Below, piece after piece: positions 28,741-39,121 of a stretch of DNA of 64,000 bases (the stretch's first letter is position 1; each line of letters starts with the position of its first letter). The notes beneath the pieces are model-generated. The model saw only the letters and a program-made list of their open reading frames with translations, did no database searches and was not told the DNA's origin. This stretch comes from Candidatus Thorarchaeota archaeon. Its GTDB lineage: Archaea; Asgardarchaeota; Thorarchaeia; Thorarchaeales; Thorarchaeaceae. The translations under genes were made by a program, and so were the position numbers. Location of the stretch: positions 1-64,000 of the forward strand of contig DXJO01000006.1 in the NCBI GenBank assembly GCA_019057475.1, read 5' to 3'.

Positions 28741-29116
28741 CTCGAAATAGCTGCTGGTTGTTCTTTTTCATTGAAGAGTATAAGCCAACACCTGAAACTC
28801 AAGATATTAAGCATTGTAAACGCATTCCTATATTGTCCTTACAAGACTGGGAAAAATCCTAAATCATTTTCCTTTTTGAATGAGTTTTCCATTTATGGGC
28901 TCTGTGGAATAATCCCGTTAGTTCACTATCAGTACGATCAGAATCGACATTCGTTTTATCATGGAGTGTCTGAACCCTGACATTACTGAGTGTGAATTCA
29001 GATGCTTTTCCTCACGCCATTCGATTTATTCCACAGGGCCCCATTTATACCAACACATATTACGAATGGCATTTGGATGACCTTGTTCGTTTGCGTGGAG
29101 TAACTGGTGGCTTCGA

Positions 29117-29842
29117 ATGAAACTATCACAAAAGCATATCAGGAAACTGGTCAGGGACAGCAAGAATCACAGTTGCGAACCAACCTCATGTTGTGTCCAG
29201 CTGGTTGCCATCGCAGATCTGCCAAGTCAGTTCGGAGAGTTCCAAATTTGTGGGTTTGTTAGTCCTTGCGATGGTAAGGAACACACAGCGATAATCAAGG
29301 GGAATATCCTGGACAAGGAATCTGTTGTGATGCGGCTTCATTCTGAATGCCTTACCGGAGATGTCATGGGGAGCAGAAGGTGTGATTGTCGAGATCAGCT
29401 ATTGGAGTCATTGAAATACATTGAAGCAGAGAGCCAGGGTATTCTGCTCTATCTCCGACAAGAAGGCCGCGGTATTGGACTATCTGAAAAAATACGTGCC
29501 TACGCCATTCAGGACTTGGGTGTCGATACCGTGGATGCGAACTTGATTCTCGGCTATCAGCCAGACGAACGTGATTACGGCGTTGCTGCTCACATACTCA
29601 GAACTCTTAGAATTAAATCAATCAGGCTGCTCACCAACAACCCTGAGAAGATTGAACAACTGGCAAAACATGGAGTCAATGTGGTGGAAAGACTACCCCT
29701 GATAATCGAGCCAACAGAATACAATCGCGCTTACCTTGAAACCAAGACTGAGAGATCTGGACACCTCCTCGGAGATTTCGCTGGAATTCGCGACGTGGAT
29801 GAAATCCAATCTCTTTCCAAGCGCAGCAAAGATGCGAAATGA
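29117..29842 (+). CDS. ribA: GTP cyclohydrolase II
   Basis: RLHSECLTGDVMGSRRCDCRDQL, YLRQEGRGIGL, RLLTNNPEK, YLETK. Confidence 0.96.
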   Translation: MKLSQKHIRKLVRDSKNHSCEPTSCCVQLVAIADLPSQFGEFQICGFVSPCDGKEHTAIIKGNILDKESVVMRLHSECLTGDVMGSRRCDCRDQLLESLKYIEAESQGILLYLRQEGRGIGLSEKIRAYAIQDLGVDTVDANLILGYQPDERDYGVAAHILRTLRIKSIRLLTNNPEKIEQLAKHGVNVVERLPLIIEPTEYNRAYLETKTERSGHLLGDFAGIRDVDEIQSLSKRSKDAK

Positions 29843-29864
29843 AGCTGAATCTAGAACGACTTCA

Positions 29865-31142
29865 TTAAGACGGTTGCTCGGTGCTCCCGAGAGACCCCTG
29901 TGTCTTCATTGGGCCGATTAGCCAGAGCGCTAATGCCAAGAGAACTGCAAAGCCTAGCCCCAACACGCCTGCTAGCACCCACAGAACTCTGAGACTACCT
30001 GTCGTAGTCCAAACATAGGCTCCAAAAGGCGCAGCCAAGAGGCTTGTCGAGCTCATAAGGACGGAGTAGAATCCAAGGGCTCTTCCTTTCATCTCTTTTG
30101 AAACTCCGCTCACAACAAGTGCTCTCTCTGCGCCAATCCAGAACATAACTGGAACCGCCCAGAGGATATTGAACAAGAAAAGCATCAGCACGCCTGAGCC
30201 AACACCGAAAGCTATCAGAATCAGGGAATTCGCCACAATCCCGAGAAGAAGAGCGCCGCGTACTGAGCGGTCGGTCCATCCACTTGCCGCGTACATTAGC
30301 AGCACGCTTGTCAACGAGAAAGCACTCCATGTTAAACCAAATGTCGCTGGGTCGATTCCCCATTCTCCAACGCACAAGTTGCCAAAGTATGGCAGTGCCA
30401 TATTAAATGCGAATATGAATGGGAGCATCCCGGCTGAGAGTATCCAGAAGGTTCTACCTAGATTCTTGAAGGGAATCTTGGGTCCTTCTCTGGCACTATT
30501 TCGAGCATCTATACTCAGTGATTCTTTCACAAAGAGCATAGTCGCGATCATGGCCACGATCGCTCCTCCTGCACCCATCAGCTGCAATTCTTTGGCAGTC
30601 ATACCCAAGATTAACATGCCACTTGCAATTGCTGGGCTCAGCCCATCCACCAAAAACGCCGGAAGTAGGACCATCGTGAACCGTCTAGCGGCATTTCTTC
30701 CTTCATCAGCGGCAATCTCGTCTGCAGGGACCGCTCTTGCAATGATCAAGACGAAGCTCCAGCCGAAGCTTGCCATTCCGTATGCCAGAGGAATGAGAGG
30801 CCAAATCGGAAATAACGCCAACATGAAAAGGCCGATTGAGAGAGGAATGAAGGAAACTATCATTGTCCTTTTCCTCCCCACCATGTCGGCAACGAACCCT
30901 GAGATAGGGAAACCTGCAATCATTGCAACTGTACCCGCAGAGAATGTCAAACCCATTTGCCAAGGTTCAATAATCGTTTCAAGAAAAATACCAAACTGCC
31001 AAGACCAGATAGAAAACGAGAACTGTGCTACTCCTACCACGAGCGCAAGCCGCCAGAGATTATCGCTCAAGCCCAGGATAGAGCGTTGTCCCGCCCTCTT
31101 CTGTGCAATCTCAGCTGCTTCTGGGCTTTCATTGGTATCCAA
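29865..31142 (-). CDS. MFS transporter
   Basis: 12 TM; GFVADMVGRKR motif A; MKGRALG. Confidence 0.9.
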   Translation of the reverse strand: MDTNESPEAAEIAQKRAGQRSILGLSDNLWRLALVVGVAQFSFSIWSWQFGIFLETIIEPWQMGLTFSAGTVAMIAGFPISGFVADMVGRKRTMIVSFIPLSIGLFMLALFPIWPLIPLAYGMASFGWSFVLIIARAVPADEIAADEGRNAARRFTMVLLPAFLVDGLSPAIASGMLILGMTAKELQLMGAGGAIVAMIATMLFVKESLSIDARNSAREGPKIPFKNLGRTFWILSAGMLPFIFAFNMALPYFGNLCVGEWGIDPATFGLTWSAFSLTSVLLMYAASGWTDRSVRGALLLGIVANSLILIAFGVGSGVLMLFLFNILWAVPVMFWIGAERALVVSGVSKEMKGRALGFYSVLMSSTSLLAAPFGAYVWTTTGSLRVLWVLAGVLGLGFAVLLALALWLIGPMKTQGSLGSTEQPS

Positions 31143-31290
31143 ATCAGTTTCCTCAGGAAGTTGAACACGAGTGTAACATACGGGCTTAAGACAATGACTG
31201 TCATCCCATTATCCGTCGTTTCACACAATGCTTAAAGTGTACAAGTTTCGAAGCATTCTGTAGTTTAGATTCGAGAGGAAGTCGTATACT

Positions 31291-33303
31291 GTGATTGTCC
31301 TAGAGGGCGCTGACCTGCGGCTGAATAGAGCCATCACATTCGAATGGCTCTACACTAACGGCCTCGGCGGGTATGCATCCTCAACAATTGTAGGTTTGAA
31401 CACTCGTGGCTACCATGGCCTTCTTGTGTGCGCGCTAAATCCTCCAGTCAATCGATGGTTAACGATTTCACGTGTTGACGAAGCACTTGGGACTTCCGAA
31501 GGTGAATGCAATCTAAGTACAGAGCAGACAAAAAAGAGAATCACCCGTGGGTATAGGAATCTGAAGCGTTTCGAGCTCAACCCCATGCCACAGATGACCT
31601 ATACAACTGATTGCGTCACATTGGACAAGACAGTGTTCATGGCCTATCGTCGGAACCTCACTGTGGTCAATTATGAGCTCAAAACAACCGAGGAAACTGT
31701 ATTCACAGTGACTCCTCTTCACACTTCCAGAGACATTCACAGCAGACCTTCACATTTGGATTTCACACCCGAGTACGAGGTGATTGACTCTCATTCTTAT
31801 TACGCATTCGATGATCGGGAGGGAAGCCCGTGGGTATATGCGTATACTCCGGATGCGGAGTTCATGTCAACCAAGATACGTGTCACGGATCCACAAGTCT
31901 ATCGGAAGGATAAGGCCAAAGGCTTGCCTCACGAGGAGGAGATGTGGATTCCAGGAGTTTTTCACACGGTTCTTGAACCTGGCGAACATTTCCTATCGTT
32001 CTTATTTGCTGCGGGCCCTTCACGGAAGGAACTTATGTCCGGCCTTGGGAATCTTGCACAAGCCAGCAGGAAAGATGTCGCCCGATTAAGATTCGACGAG
32101 CTCAATAGACGGAAGGTGCTCTTTGATCGAGCATACGCCTTGTCTCACAAGTCCCGATACGAGGAAATCGAGTGGCTCATCCTCAATGCTGATTCCTTCA
32201 TCGTTGACAGGGTTTCTTCCGGCACCAGGTCAGTGATTGCTGGTTATCACGAGCTGGAAGACATCGGACTTGATGCCCTAATATCCCATCCTGGTCTCAC
32301 AGTAGCCATAAGTCGATTTCAGGATGCTCGAGATGTGCTCACAACCTATGCACGCTATTCCCGCTACGGCTTAGTAGCCAATGATTTCCCTGACCGCGGA
32401 ATACAGCCAGAATACGATAGCGTGGATGCTTCCCTTTGGTTCATTATGGGCGTGAGAAGCTACATCAACGCTACTAATGATGTAGAGTTCTTGAGAGGAA
32501 TTATCTGGGATACAATGGAGTCAGTGGTCACATCTTTTCGAATGGGAACGAAATTTAACATACATGAAGACTTGGATGGACTCATCTACTCAGGAATTGA
32601 GGGGGTTGAGGTTTCATGGATGAACGAGAAAATCGAAAATTGGGTTGCCACACCCCGCATTGGCAAGTGCGTTGAAGTCAACGCATTATGGTATAACGCT
32701 CTCATGGCAATGGGCGATATGTCGCAGCTAATGAGCCGAGATCCCTACGAGTATCAAGCCGTTGCGCAGTGGATCCGAGAAGCCTTCGTGCAAACATTTT
32801 GGAGTGATGAACTCGGTTATCTGTATGATGTAGTAACCGATGAATCCAATGATAGTTCCTTGAGGCCCAACCAACTCTTTGCACTAAGCCTGCCACATCC
32901 TCTTCTTGAAGACCAACAGGCGAAATCTGTGCTCAAGGTTGTGACAGATGAACTGCTAACTCCCTTCGGACTCAGGACGCTCTCACCCAATGACCGCCGA
33001 TTTGCCAGAGCCCTCACAGGGGGGCCTCGAAGCCGTGCCGGGGCGACTCACCAAGGGACTGTGCATCCTTGGTTGATTGGTCCGTTCATCTCTGCGTACC
33101 TCACGGTGAATGGCCGGACTGAAGAGAACAAGAAATATTGCGAGGAAAAGTTCTTCAAACCAGTTCTTGATGCTGTACGTAGAGGGTGCTTGGGCACTGT
33201 GTCAGGTATGTTCGATGCGTCCAAGCCTCACAGAGATCGCGGTGTCGTATCCAGAGCAAGGAACATCGCTGAGCTGCTGCGAGTGTACTTTGAAGAGCTG
33301 TAG
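31291..33303 (+). CDS. Archaeal glycogen-debranching enzyme family protein (GH133-like), catalytic residues apparently substituted
   Basis: EWLYTNGLGGYASST...RGYHGLL, IAGYH, PRIGKCVEVNALWYNAL, LRPNQLFA, LLTPFGLRTL, HQGTVHPWL. Confidence 0.88.
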   Translation: MIVLEGADLRLNRAITFEWLYTNGLGGYASSTIVGLNTRGYHGLLVCALNPPVNRWLTISRVDEALGTSEGECNLSTEQTKKRITRGYRNLKRFELNPMPQMTYTTDCVTLDKTVFMAYRRNLTVVNYELKTTEETVFTVTPLHTSRDIHSRPSHLDFTPEYEVIDSHSYYAFDDREGSPWVYAYTPDAEFMSTKIRVTDPQVYRKDKAKGLPHEEEMWIPGVFHTVLEPGEHFLSFLFAAGPSRKELMSGLGNLAQASRKDVARLRFDELNRRKVLFDRAYALSHKSRYEEIEWLILNADSFIVDRVSSGTRSVIAGYHELEDIGLDALISHPGLTVAISRFQDARDVLTTYARYSRYGLVANDFPDRGIQPEYDSVDASLWFIMGVRSYINATNDVEFLRGIIWDTMESVVTSFRMGTKFNIHEDLDGLIYSGIEGVEVSWMNEKIENWVATPRIGKCVEVNALWYNALMAMGDMSQLMSRDPYEYQAVAQWIREAFVQTFWSDELGYLYDVVTDESNDSSLRPNQLFALSLPHPLLEDQQAKSVLKVVTDELLTPFGLRTLSPNDRRFARALTGGPRSRAGATHQGTVHPWLIGPFISAYLTVNGRTEENKKYCEEKFFKPVLDAVRRGCLGTVSGMFDASKPHRDRGVVSRARNIAELLRVYFEEL

Positions 33304-33544
33304 GGCAGCTTAGAGATACGCCGTAGCTTAATATGGGAAAATGGAGGATACAACTGTGCAGTTTGTCGGTTTTTTTCATTACGGGTAGCTAGGATTGACC
33401 CATAATGAACGCGCCATATGAGCTAATGCATGTTCCTCACGGAAGTCGGCCTTTGAATGTCGGTCGAAGCACCGTTTCACGACAGTGTGGACGCTGTGCA
33501 TCTAGAGGTTTGCACGCTGGGCTCACGGCGAGGTGAAATATAAC

Positions 33545-36500
33545 ATGAAGAAAGTAACAACATTGCTCGTTGTCACGATGATCTTGTGCGGCGTTGCTGC
33601 CATGGCTGGATTGGCCAGCGCACAGACGAGCGAAGACCCCTACATTCGAGTTGCGTGGGAAACTGTGTCTGAAACGCACAATTTCACACACAGCGAACAG
33701 AACTCTCAATGGGTCTTCGGTCCGCAGCCGTCCATATGGATCGAATATGCTGACAACAGCACTAACATCAAGGAAAACCACTATCTTGTGGAAAACGGAA
33801 CAGACTTGCTTGTAAACATCATCATTCCTAAGTCCTTCTTGGGCATAGGAAATGAATTGGATACAGTGCAATTCTGGGCTTCAACTTATCGTCCTAGGTC
33901 TCCACTATTCGTGCTGCAGTACAACGCTACCGCATACGATTGGGATATTCTTAGTTTCTATTACGAACCCGGAAGTGAAGAACCTACATCAGCTGATTTT
34001 GTAAGCTTGGACGTTGATGCCAGCAGCTACACAGACAACGACACCGAGGGAAGTGAACAATACGAACTTATCTTCGCGATAGTCTTCGAGGAAGAAATCG
34101 TGACCGATGTGTTCTGGACCGGCTTGAATGCCATTGACACCGACGGTCACCCTGTATCTCCATCTTGGCTCGCTGCGTTGGATGGCGGCTTTCCGTCACC
34201 ACCAATAGGGCTGGGCACAGCTGTGAGTCCACGAGACTTCTCGCTCCCAGACTACTACTATGGAGATATCATTGATCCCTCTGGTGATATCGTGCACTAC
34301 GTTGCAGAGAATGATACATTCATCGTCCGACTCAGGTCTTCGGCCGAGTTTGGGGAGATTGTCATTCCATTTGCCATTCTTACATGGGATGAGAACTACA
34401 TCCAGAATATCACGATTACAATGCCGGTGGGCGACCTCGAGGAGAGCATGTGGGACTTCAATACTGAATGGGAAACGGTGGAATATCCGCATCCAGCGAT
34501 GATGTTCCTAAAGTTCAACGCAACCGACACATATGTGCTTGGAGGCTATCCAGACATAAGCTGGAGCTGGACAGAGCTTGAGCCTGGAATCGGTGTATGG
34601 CTGCCTCGGTTCGATATTCTCGAGAACGATACAATTGATGTCAGCAAGTACTTCGTCGTAGATTATGAAAATACGCATGAGTATGATGAGGGACACCGCG
34701 TCGAGTGGCGTGGTTACTTCACAAACAACACCGACATGAACCCCAGTCCATTGGAGGACGGTGCAATCATCACCCCTGAAATGAGTCTCGCCTTGGTCCT
34801 CGATACCGATGGTAATCCCATAGCGCCGAGACCAGAGATTGCTCAGAAGCAGACGATGAAGCTGGCGTACAAGAAGGGTTTCATAGAGGCCTTCGTATAC
34901 GACCTCATCGGCGATATCGCGTCGACAGCTATGCAGGGCGAACAACTGAATATGACGATGCTGGTCCATATGCCGTATGAAGCCATTAATGGATCATCGA
35001 TCTTTCCTGGTGGCTTCAATATCACTGAAGGAGTCCCTGGATTCTTGAATGTGACCCGCGAACTCGCCAACTTCTCGATAGTTGTTTCAGGCGGTGGAGG
35101 TGGGTCGAATGAAACCCACTACTGGCACAGCGGAGTGGCTTTCGGAATGCTTCTCGATTTCGAGACAGGCACCAATACTACTTGGACTTGGTTGGTTGTC
35201 CGAATCTACGAGCGAGGGGTTGGGCTTAACTATAGTCACAGTGAGCTGCTCCGTGGTGACGATGCCTTGTGGCATGTTTCGGACTTTTGCATTGAACTTG
35301 GTGAGGCCCTTTCAATTTTGAAGGTTGACTTCAAGTTCGACGAGGATGCTCCGGACATAGTTCTTGATAGTTCAACACTGAAGGTGGGATACAATCAGGA
35401 GATTGCCATCTGGAACGGTACTCATAACCTCTCCGGCGAGGAATGGCCCGTGCATCAGACAATCATAGAGGATCTCTCCGGAGATACCCTCTGGAGTCCG
35501 CGCAATCTAAGGCTTGGCGACGTGGATGTATGGATGCCGGAGATTTGGACTGTCACTGAGGACGGAGCCATTGACTTGGACGGTAACACGTACACAACCG
35601 AGGACCAGTACTTTGTGAAGCGGACAGGCTTCTGGGAGGACTGGGGCAATCTCACCACTGAAGGCATGGCTGTGGTCGTACTGTTCGATCCATCACCTGA
35701 TGAAGAAGGCGATGAGTTTGTGTCCTGGAACTGGATGGGTGTTCAAGAGCTGAACCTCGGGTTTAGCGCCAATGAAACATTCTACTGGTATCATGCCTCT
35801 GACTACTCGCTGGTTGACTCAGATGAGATGGAGGACATACGTGAAGTGTTATGGGCCGATGAAGACGTACCGACTCCTGGTTACGGATATGTTGCGTGGC
35901 TCTCGGAGTCCCGGACCCTAGATTTGACTGGAATAACTGGACTCGATAGCAACTCATGGAGCAGTACATGGTTGGCGTGGGGTACTCAGCAGGCTTTCTT
36001 GATATCAGTGTCTGATACGACAGTGGTCGCAGCAACATTCAGAGCTCAGTATGCTGGTCTTTTGCTGTTCAATGATATGCCTGGCGGAGCATCTCCGGAT
36101 GCGCCAGACTTTGTCATAGAGAACGGTCGTGTTGTCACGGACGAAGTGACTCATGTCGTGTTGATAGACTCTGTCGAATCCATTGAGATTAGGCAGCCAT
36201 TTGGTGCCACGAATGGAACGGGTGATGTGCGCGTCGACCCTGACACCGAGATCACATTTGGAATCTCGATATACGATGTCGATGTAACTATCTATCCGTT
36301 ACAGATACAGAACTCAGATGGCTTGAGAGGTCCATGGGCCTTCCGAGAGTCATACGAGGGTGCAATGGGACTCAACTCAACAGACTTCGACTATTGGATT
36401 ACTCATGCCAATGTTGATGAGATGGCTTTTGACATCACTTTCAACGCTGATATGGTTGAGTACGACGCAGAAGACCCAACGACATGGAACCACGTTGTCA

Positions 36501-37102
36501 GCTTCAAGGTAGATCAGATCATCGGGAATTGGACTCTGGAAGAATTCGATGACTCGGTGCTCGAGAGCCGTGGTTTAGCAGTGAACTTCTTCGCTGTTCT
36601 TGGCACAGTCGGCAGGACTCAGTACCAAGCTGGTGAAACTCCGGTGACGGATCCCAACGCGGATAGCACTGCAGCATCGTACTATCAGTTCGGTGCGGAC
36701 GACAATCCGTATGCTAACGTTACAATGGGCGGATTGCCTTACACTTGGGGTGGCGACAACTTTGCAACGGAGTACATCTCCGGCTCGTCAACAGCTCCAA
36801 TTGGGGCATTCAGTCTGGCTTACGAGTCTACCTCAGGTGACACTGTAACAGATTGGAACATCGATGCTTCGATGTTGTTCATGACAGCAGGCTACACCAA
36901 TTGGGGTGGTCACGCTGTCCACTGTGACCCTGTGTTTGTGGCATACACCAGCGCTCATCAGACCGGCACTGCGAGCTCGACTACAACGACTACCACAACT
37001 GGACCGACTCCGCCAGATGAAGGCGATGGTCTAATTGTCCTTGTAGGCGGTGCAGTGATACTGATCGTCCTAGTAGTGGTGCTCCTTCGTCGAAGGCGTT
37101 AG
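33545..37102 (+). CDS. Large acidic membrane-anchored surface protein (S-layer-like)
   Basis: Signal peptide MKKVTTLLVV...ASA; D/E/T-rich; sequons; Thr-rich linker; C-terminal TM plus RRRR. Confidence 0.85.
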   Translation: MKKVTTLLVVTMILCGVAAMAGLASAQTSEDPYIRVAWETVSETHNFTHSEQNSQWVFGPQPSIWIEYADNSTNIKENHYLVENGTDLLVNIIIPKSFLGIGNELDTVQFWASTYRPRSPLFVLQYNATAYDWDILSFYYEPGSEEPTSADFVSLDVDASSYTDNDTEGSEQYELIFAIVFEEEIVTDVFWTGLNAIDTDGHPVSPSWLAALDGGFPSPPIGLGTAVSPRDFSLPDYYYGDIIDPSGDIVHYVAENDTFIVRLRSSAEFGEIVIPFAILTWDENYIQNITITMPVGDLEESMWDFNTEWETVEYPHPAMMFLKFNATDTYVLGGYPDISWSWTELEPGIGVWLPRFDILENDTIDVSKYFVVDYENTHEYDEGHRVEWRGYFTNNTDMNPSPLEDGAIITPEMSLALVLDTDGNPIAPRPEIAQKQTMKLAYKKGFIEAFVYDLIGDIASTAMQGEQLNMTMLVHMPYEAINGSSIFPGGFNITEGVPGFLNVTRELANFSIVVSGGGGGSNETHYWHSGVAFGMLLDFETGTNTTWTWLVVRIYERGVGLNYSHSELLRGDDALWHVSDFCIELGEALSILKVDFKFDEDAPDIVLDSSTLKVGYNQEIAIWNGTHNLSGEEWPVHQTIIEDLSGDTLWSPRNLRLGDVDVWMPEIWTVTEDGAIDLDGNTYTTEDQYFVKRTGFWEDWGNLTTEGMAVVVLFDPSPDEEGDEFVSWNWMGVQELNLGFSANETFYWYHASDYSLVDSDEMEDIREVLWADEDVPTPGYGYVAWLSESRTLDLTGITGLDSNSWSSTWLAWGTQQAFLISVSDTTVVAATFRAQYAGLLLFNDMPGGASPDAPDFVIENGRVVTDEVTHVVLIDSVESIEIRQPFGATNGTGDVRVDPDTEITFGISIYDVDVTIYPLQIQNSDGLRGPWAFRESYEGAMGLNSTDFDYWITHANVDEMAFDITFNADMVEYDAEDPTTWNHVVSFKVDQIIGNWTLEEFDDSVLESRGLAVNFFAVLGTVGRTQYQAGETPVTDPNADSTAASYYQFGADDNPYANVTMGGLPYTWGGDNFATEYISGSSTAPIGAFSLAYESTSGDTVTDWNIDASMLFMTAGYTNWGGHAVHCDPVFVAYTSAHQTGTASSTTTTTTTGPTPPDEGDGLIVLVGGAVILIVLVVVLLRRRR

Positions 37103-37111
37103 GTGCATAAG

Positions 37112-37145
37112 GGGATGCTATGGCATCCCTCCCCTCTCTTTTTTT
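37112..37145 (+). terminator. Hairpin plus T tract after the surface protein gene
   Basis: GGGATGC-TATG-GCATCCC followed by a pyrimidine run ending in T7. Confidence 0.65.
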
Positions 37146-37229
37146 CACTTTTCTTCCTTATATTGCTCGACCCAGTTACAGTTCGAATTCATCTGATTCA
37201 TCTGGGATATTGCTCAATGATTGAATCAC

Positions 37230-37868
37230 TCACTCGGGTAGAGTGTCGCTGACTGAGGAAGGCTCAGCCAGGAAGCTGTCATCCGGAGGCATTAGTAACT
37301 CCCACCCCTTCTTCGAGTATTCGTAGGTTGCACATGATGCATGTCCACAGTGCATCCAGTCTTCTATTCTGGGTTTTCCACCTCTCACCAGAGAGAGGAA
37401 CATGGCGCTGAGAAGCGCATCAACGATTACTGCGACACTGTCACCAGTATGTCTGTCGCCAATTACGTTCATGCATTCCCCGAGCCTATGGCGCGCGTCG
37501 AATAATGATTCTCCTGATTTATGGGTGAATTCAGGATCATCCCACATCTTCTTGAGGAGTGTGCCGAGATCTTTGCTCTTACCTTCTCCCAAGGCTACCT
37601 CCTTAAGACACTCCTTAACGTCTACCGGGGCATCGAACTCTCTTCTCAATAGACCCGCCGTTTTCAGGCATATCTCCGCTGGCGAGGAGTAGACTTTCCT
37701 CACGCCAGTGGCGACTCTGGACCTTCCCAGGTCTCCAACCTGGTTCTTGCCCTTCTCTGAAAGGTCATTAGGTTTGTTTGGATCTGGCTCCCCGTGTACG
37801 ATTACATAGACCATGGTCCGTGGAGCTAAGGACTTTCCTATTTCACGCTCTTGAACTAAGTCGAACAT
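37230..37868 (-). CDS. Histidine phosphatase (PGM-like) fold protein, degenerate active site
   Basis: VYVIVHGE, LSEKGKNQ, VYSSP, LKEV, GESLFDARHR. Confidence 0.75.
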   Translation of the reverse strand: MFDLVQEREIGKSLAPRTMVYVIVHGEPDPNKPNDLSEKGKNQVGDLGRSRVATGVRKVYSSPAEICLKTAGLLRREFDAPVDVKECLKEVALGEGKSKDLGTLLKKMWDDPEFTHKSGESLFDARHRLGECMNVIGDRHTGDSVAVIVDALLSAMFLSLVRGGKPRIEDWMHCGHASCATYEYSKKGWELLMPPDDSFLAEPSSVSDTLPE

Positions 37869-38038
37869 GGGATTTCCATCATCCTATTGCTTGTCAAGAC
37901 CCGTTAATTTGACTTTATGTTATACTTCTGTATGCATGAATATGCGTTTCTGTGCCCATGCTCCGCCACTCATCTGAATTTCTATGTTGCAGAAGACCTT
38001 TTTAGGCAATAATTCTCGGTAAGATTTAGGAGCCCGCC

Positions 38039-38725
38039 ATGAGGATTTCAGTTGAGAAAATGAAGAATTTGGATGGCAAGAACTGCGCCATTTGTGGGAA
38101 ATCACTGCTCAAGTACAATAGTGATTTCCTAGCGTACTTGCCGCTGCCAACGGGAAAGAGCGTAAAGGCCAAGCCAGAGCGGTATCACCTTTTCCAGTGT
38201 CCGAACTGTGAGAAGATAGCACACAAGAAGTGCTGGTACAGGCATGGCGATAAGAAAGTAAAGACTGGCATATTCTCCCGCGCTTACCAATTGAAATGCC
38301 CGAATTGTGAACAAATACTATCTGGTAAAAGAGATAAGCGGCGACAATGGATGAAGGGCTACCAGATACCGGGTTATCCTGATGAAGACTTGATTGAAAT
38401 ATTCCTGGGTGACATAAAGACATTCCAAAGCGGTTCCTTTCTAGATAAGATTGGCTCAACGATTGGAGGCATCTTCAAAGCGATTGGCATCGCAGCGCTT
38501 AATGACAGAGAAACAGGTGCCATTGCCAAAGCAGCCGAGCGTGTTGGCATGACAATCTCACAAATCGCACAACAAATCTTCAAAATGGACGTAACGCCTG
38601 CCCAGAGACAAGGCATGGAGGAGCTCAAGTGTCAAAACTGCGGCGCCCCCTTGCCAGTACCTGACCAATTTGTGGAAGCCGTTGTCTGCGCTCACTGTGG
38701 AACCGCACACTTGCTACCTCCGTAA
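38039..38725 (+). CDS. Protein with C4HC3 RING/PHD-like finger and C-terminal zinc ribbon
   Basis: CAIC...CPNCEKIAHKKCW...CPNC; C-terminal CQNC...CAHC. Confidence 0.7.
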   Translation: MRISVEKMKNLDGKNCAICGKSLLKYNSDFLAYLPLPTGKSVKAKPERYHLFQCPNCEKIAHKKCWYRHGDKKVKTGIFSRAYQLKCPNCEQILSGKRDKRRQWMKGYQIPGYPDEDLIEIFLGDIKTFQSGSFLDKIGSTIGGIFKAIGIAALNDRETGAIAKAAERVGMTISQIAQQIFKMDVTPAQRQGMEELKCQNCGAPLPVPDQFVEAVVCAHCGTAHLLPP

Positions 38726-38818
38726 TGTCGAACCAATTGTCGAACTCGTCCAAGATTCATTAATATGGCTCACCAGCAAAAGTAGAAGAAGCAAGACCTA
38801 TTGGAGATCGGAAATCCT

Positions 38819-39121
38819 ATGCCCGTTTATCTCGAGTACAATGAATCCACCTCGCAATTCTTCGAAACCACAAGGAACATGGCTGACGATGCGATCATCG
38901 TAGTCGTAGATGAATCCCAGAAGAAACTACTCATGTCCGTGCCGACTGGAATTGGCATGATTGCCCGCCGGTCTGCCGAGCGACAGGTCCGCGGAATTTC
39001 AAAGTCAGGATTTATGCTAGGCTCGGGGGGACGTGTGGGACAGAATCACGAGTTGCAGATTGTTGGCGAAGGCGGCCAGCTTCCTGACAGGCTAAGAGAA
39101 AGCCCTAGAGAAGTCTACTAG
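38819..39121 (+). CDS. Small protein, possible single-domain gelsolin-like fold
   Basis: DDAIIVVVDESQKKLLMSV...ARRSAERQVRGI...LQIVGEG resembles gelsolin repeat spacing; ORF solid, family tentative. Confidence 0.45.
   Translation: MPVYLEYNESTSQFFETTRNMADDAIIVVVDESQKKLLMSVPTGIGMIARRSAERQVRGISKSGFMLGSGGRVGQNHELQIVGEGGQLPDRLRESPREVY

Noticed and set aside
28980-29116. Possible FMN riboswitch upstream of ribA
   Set aside because: No recognisable RFN conserved segments
30169-31164. 331-aa ORF on the + strand
   Set aside because: Antisense shadow of the hydrophobic MFS gene; no motifs
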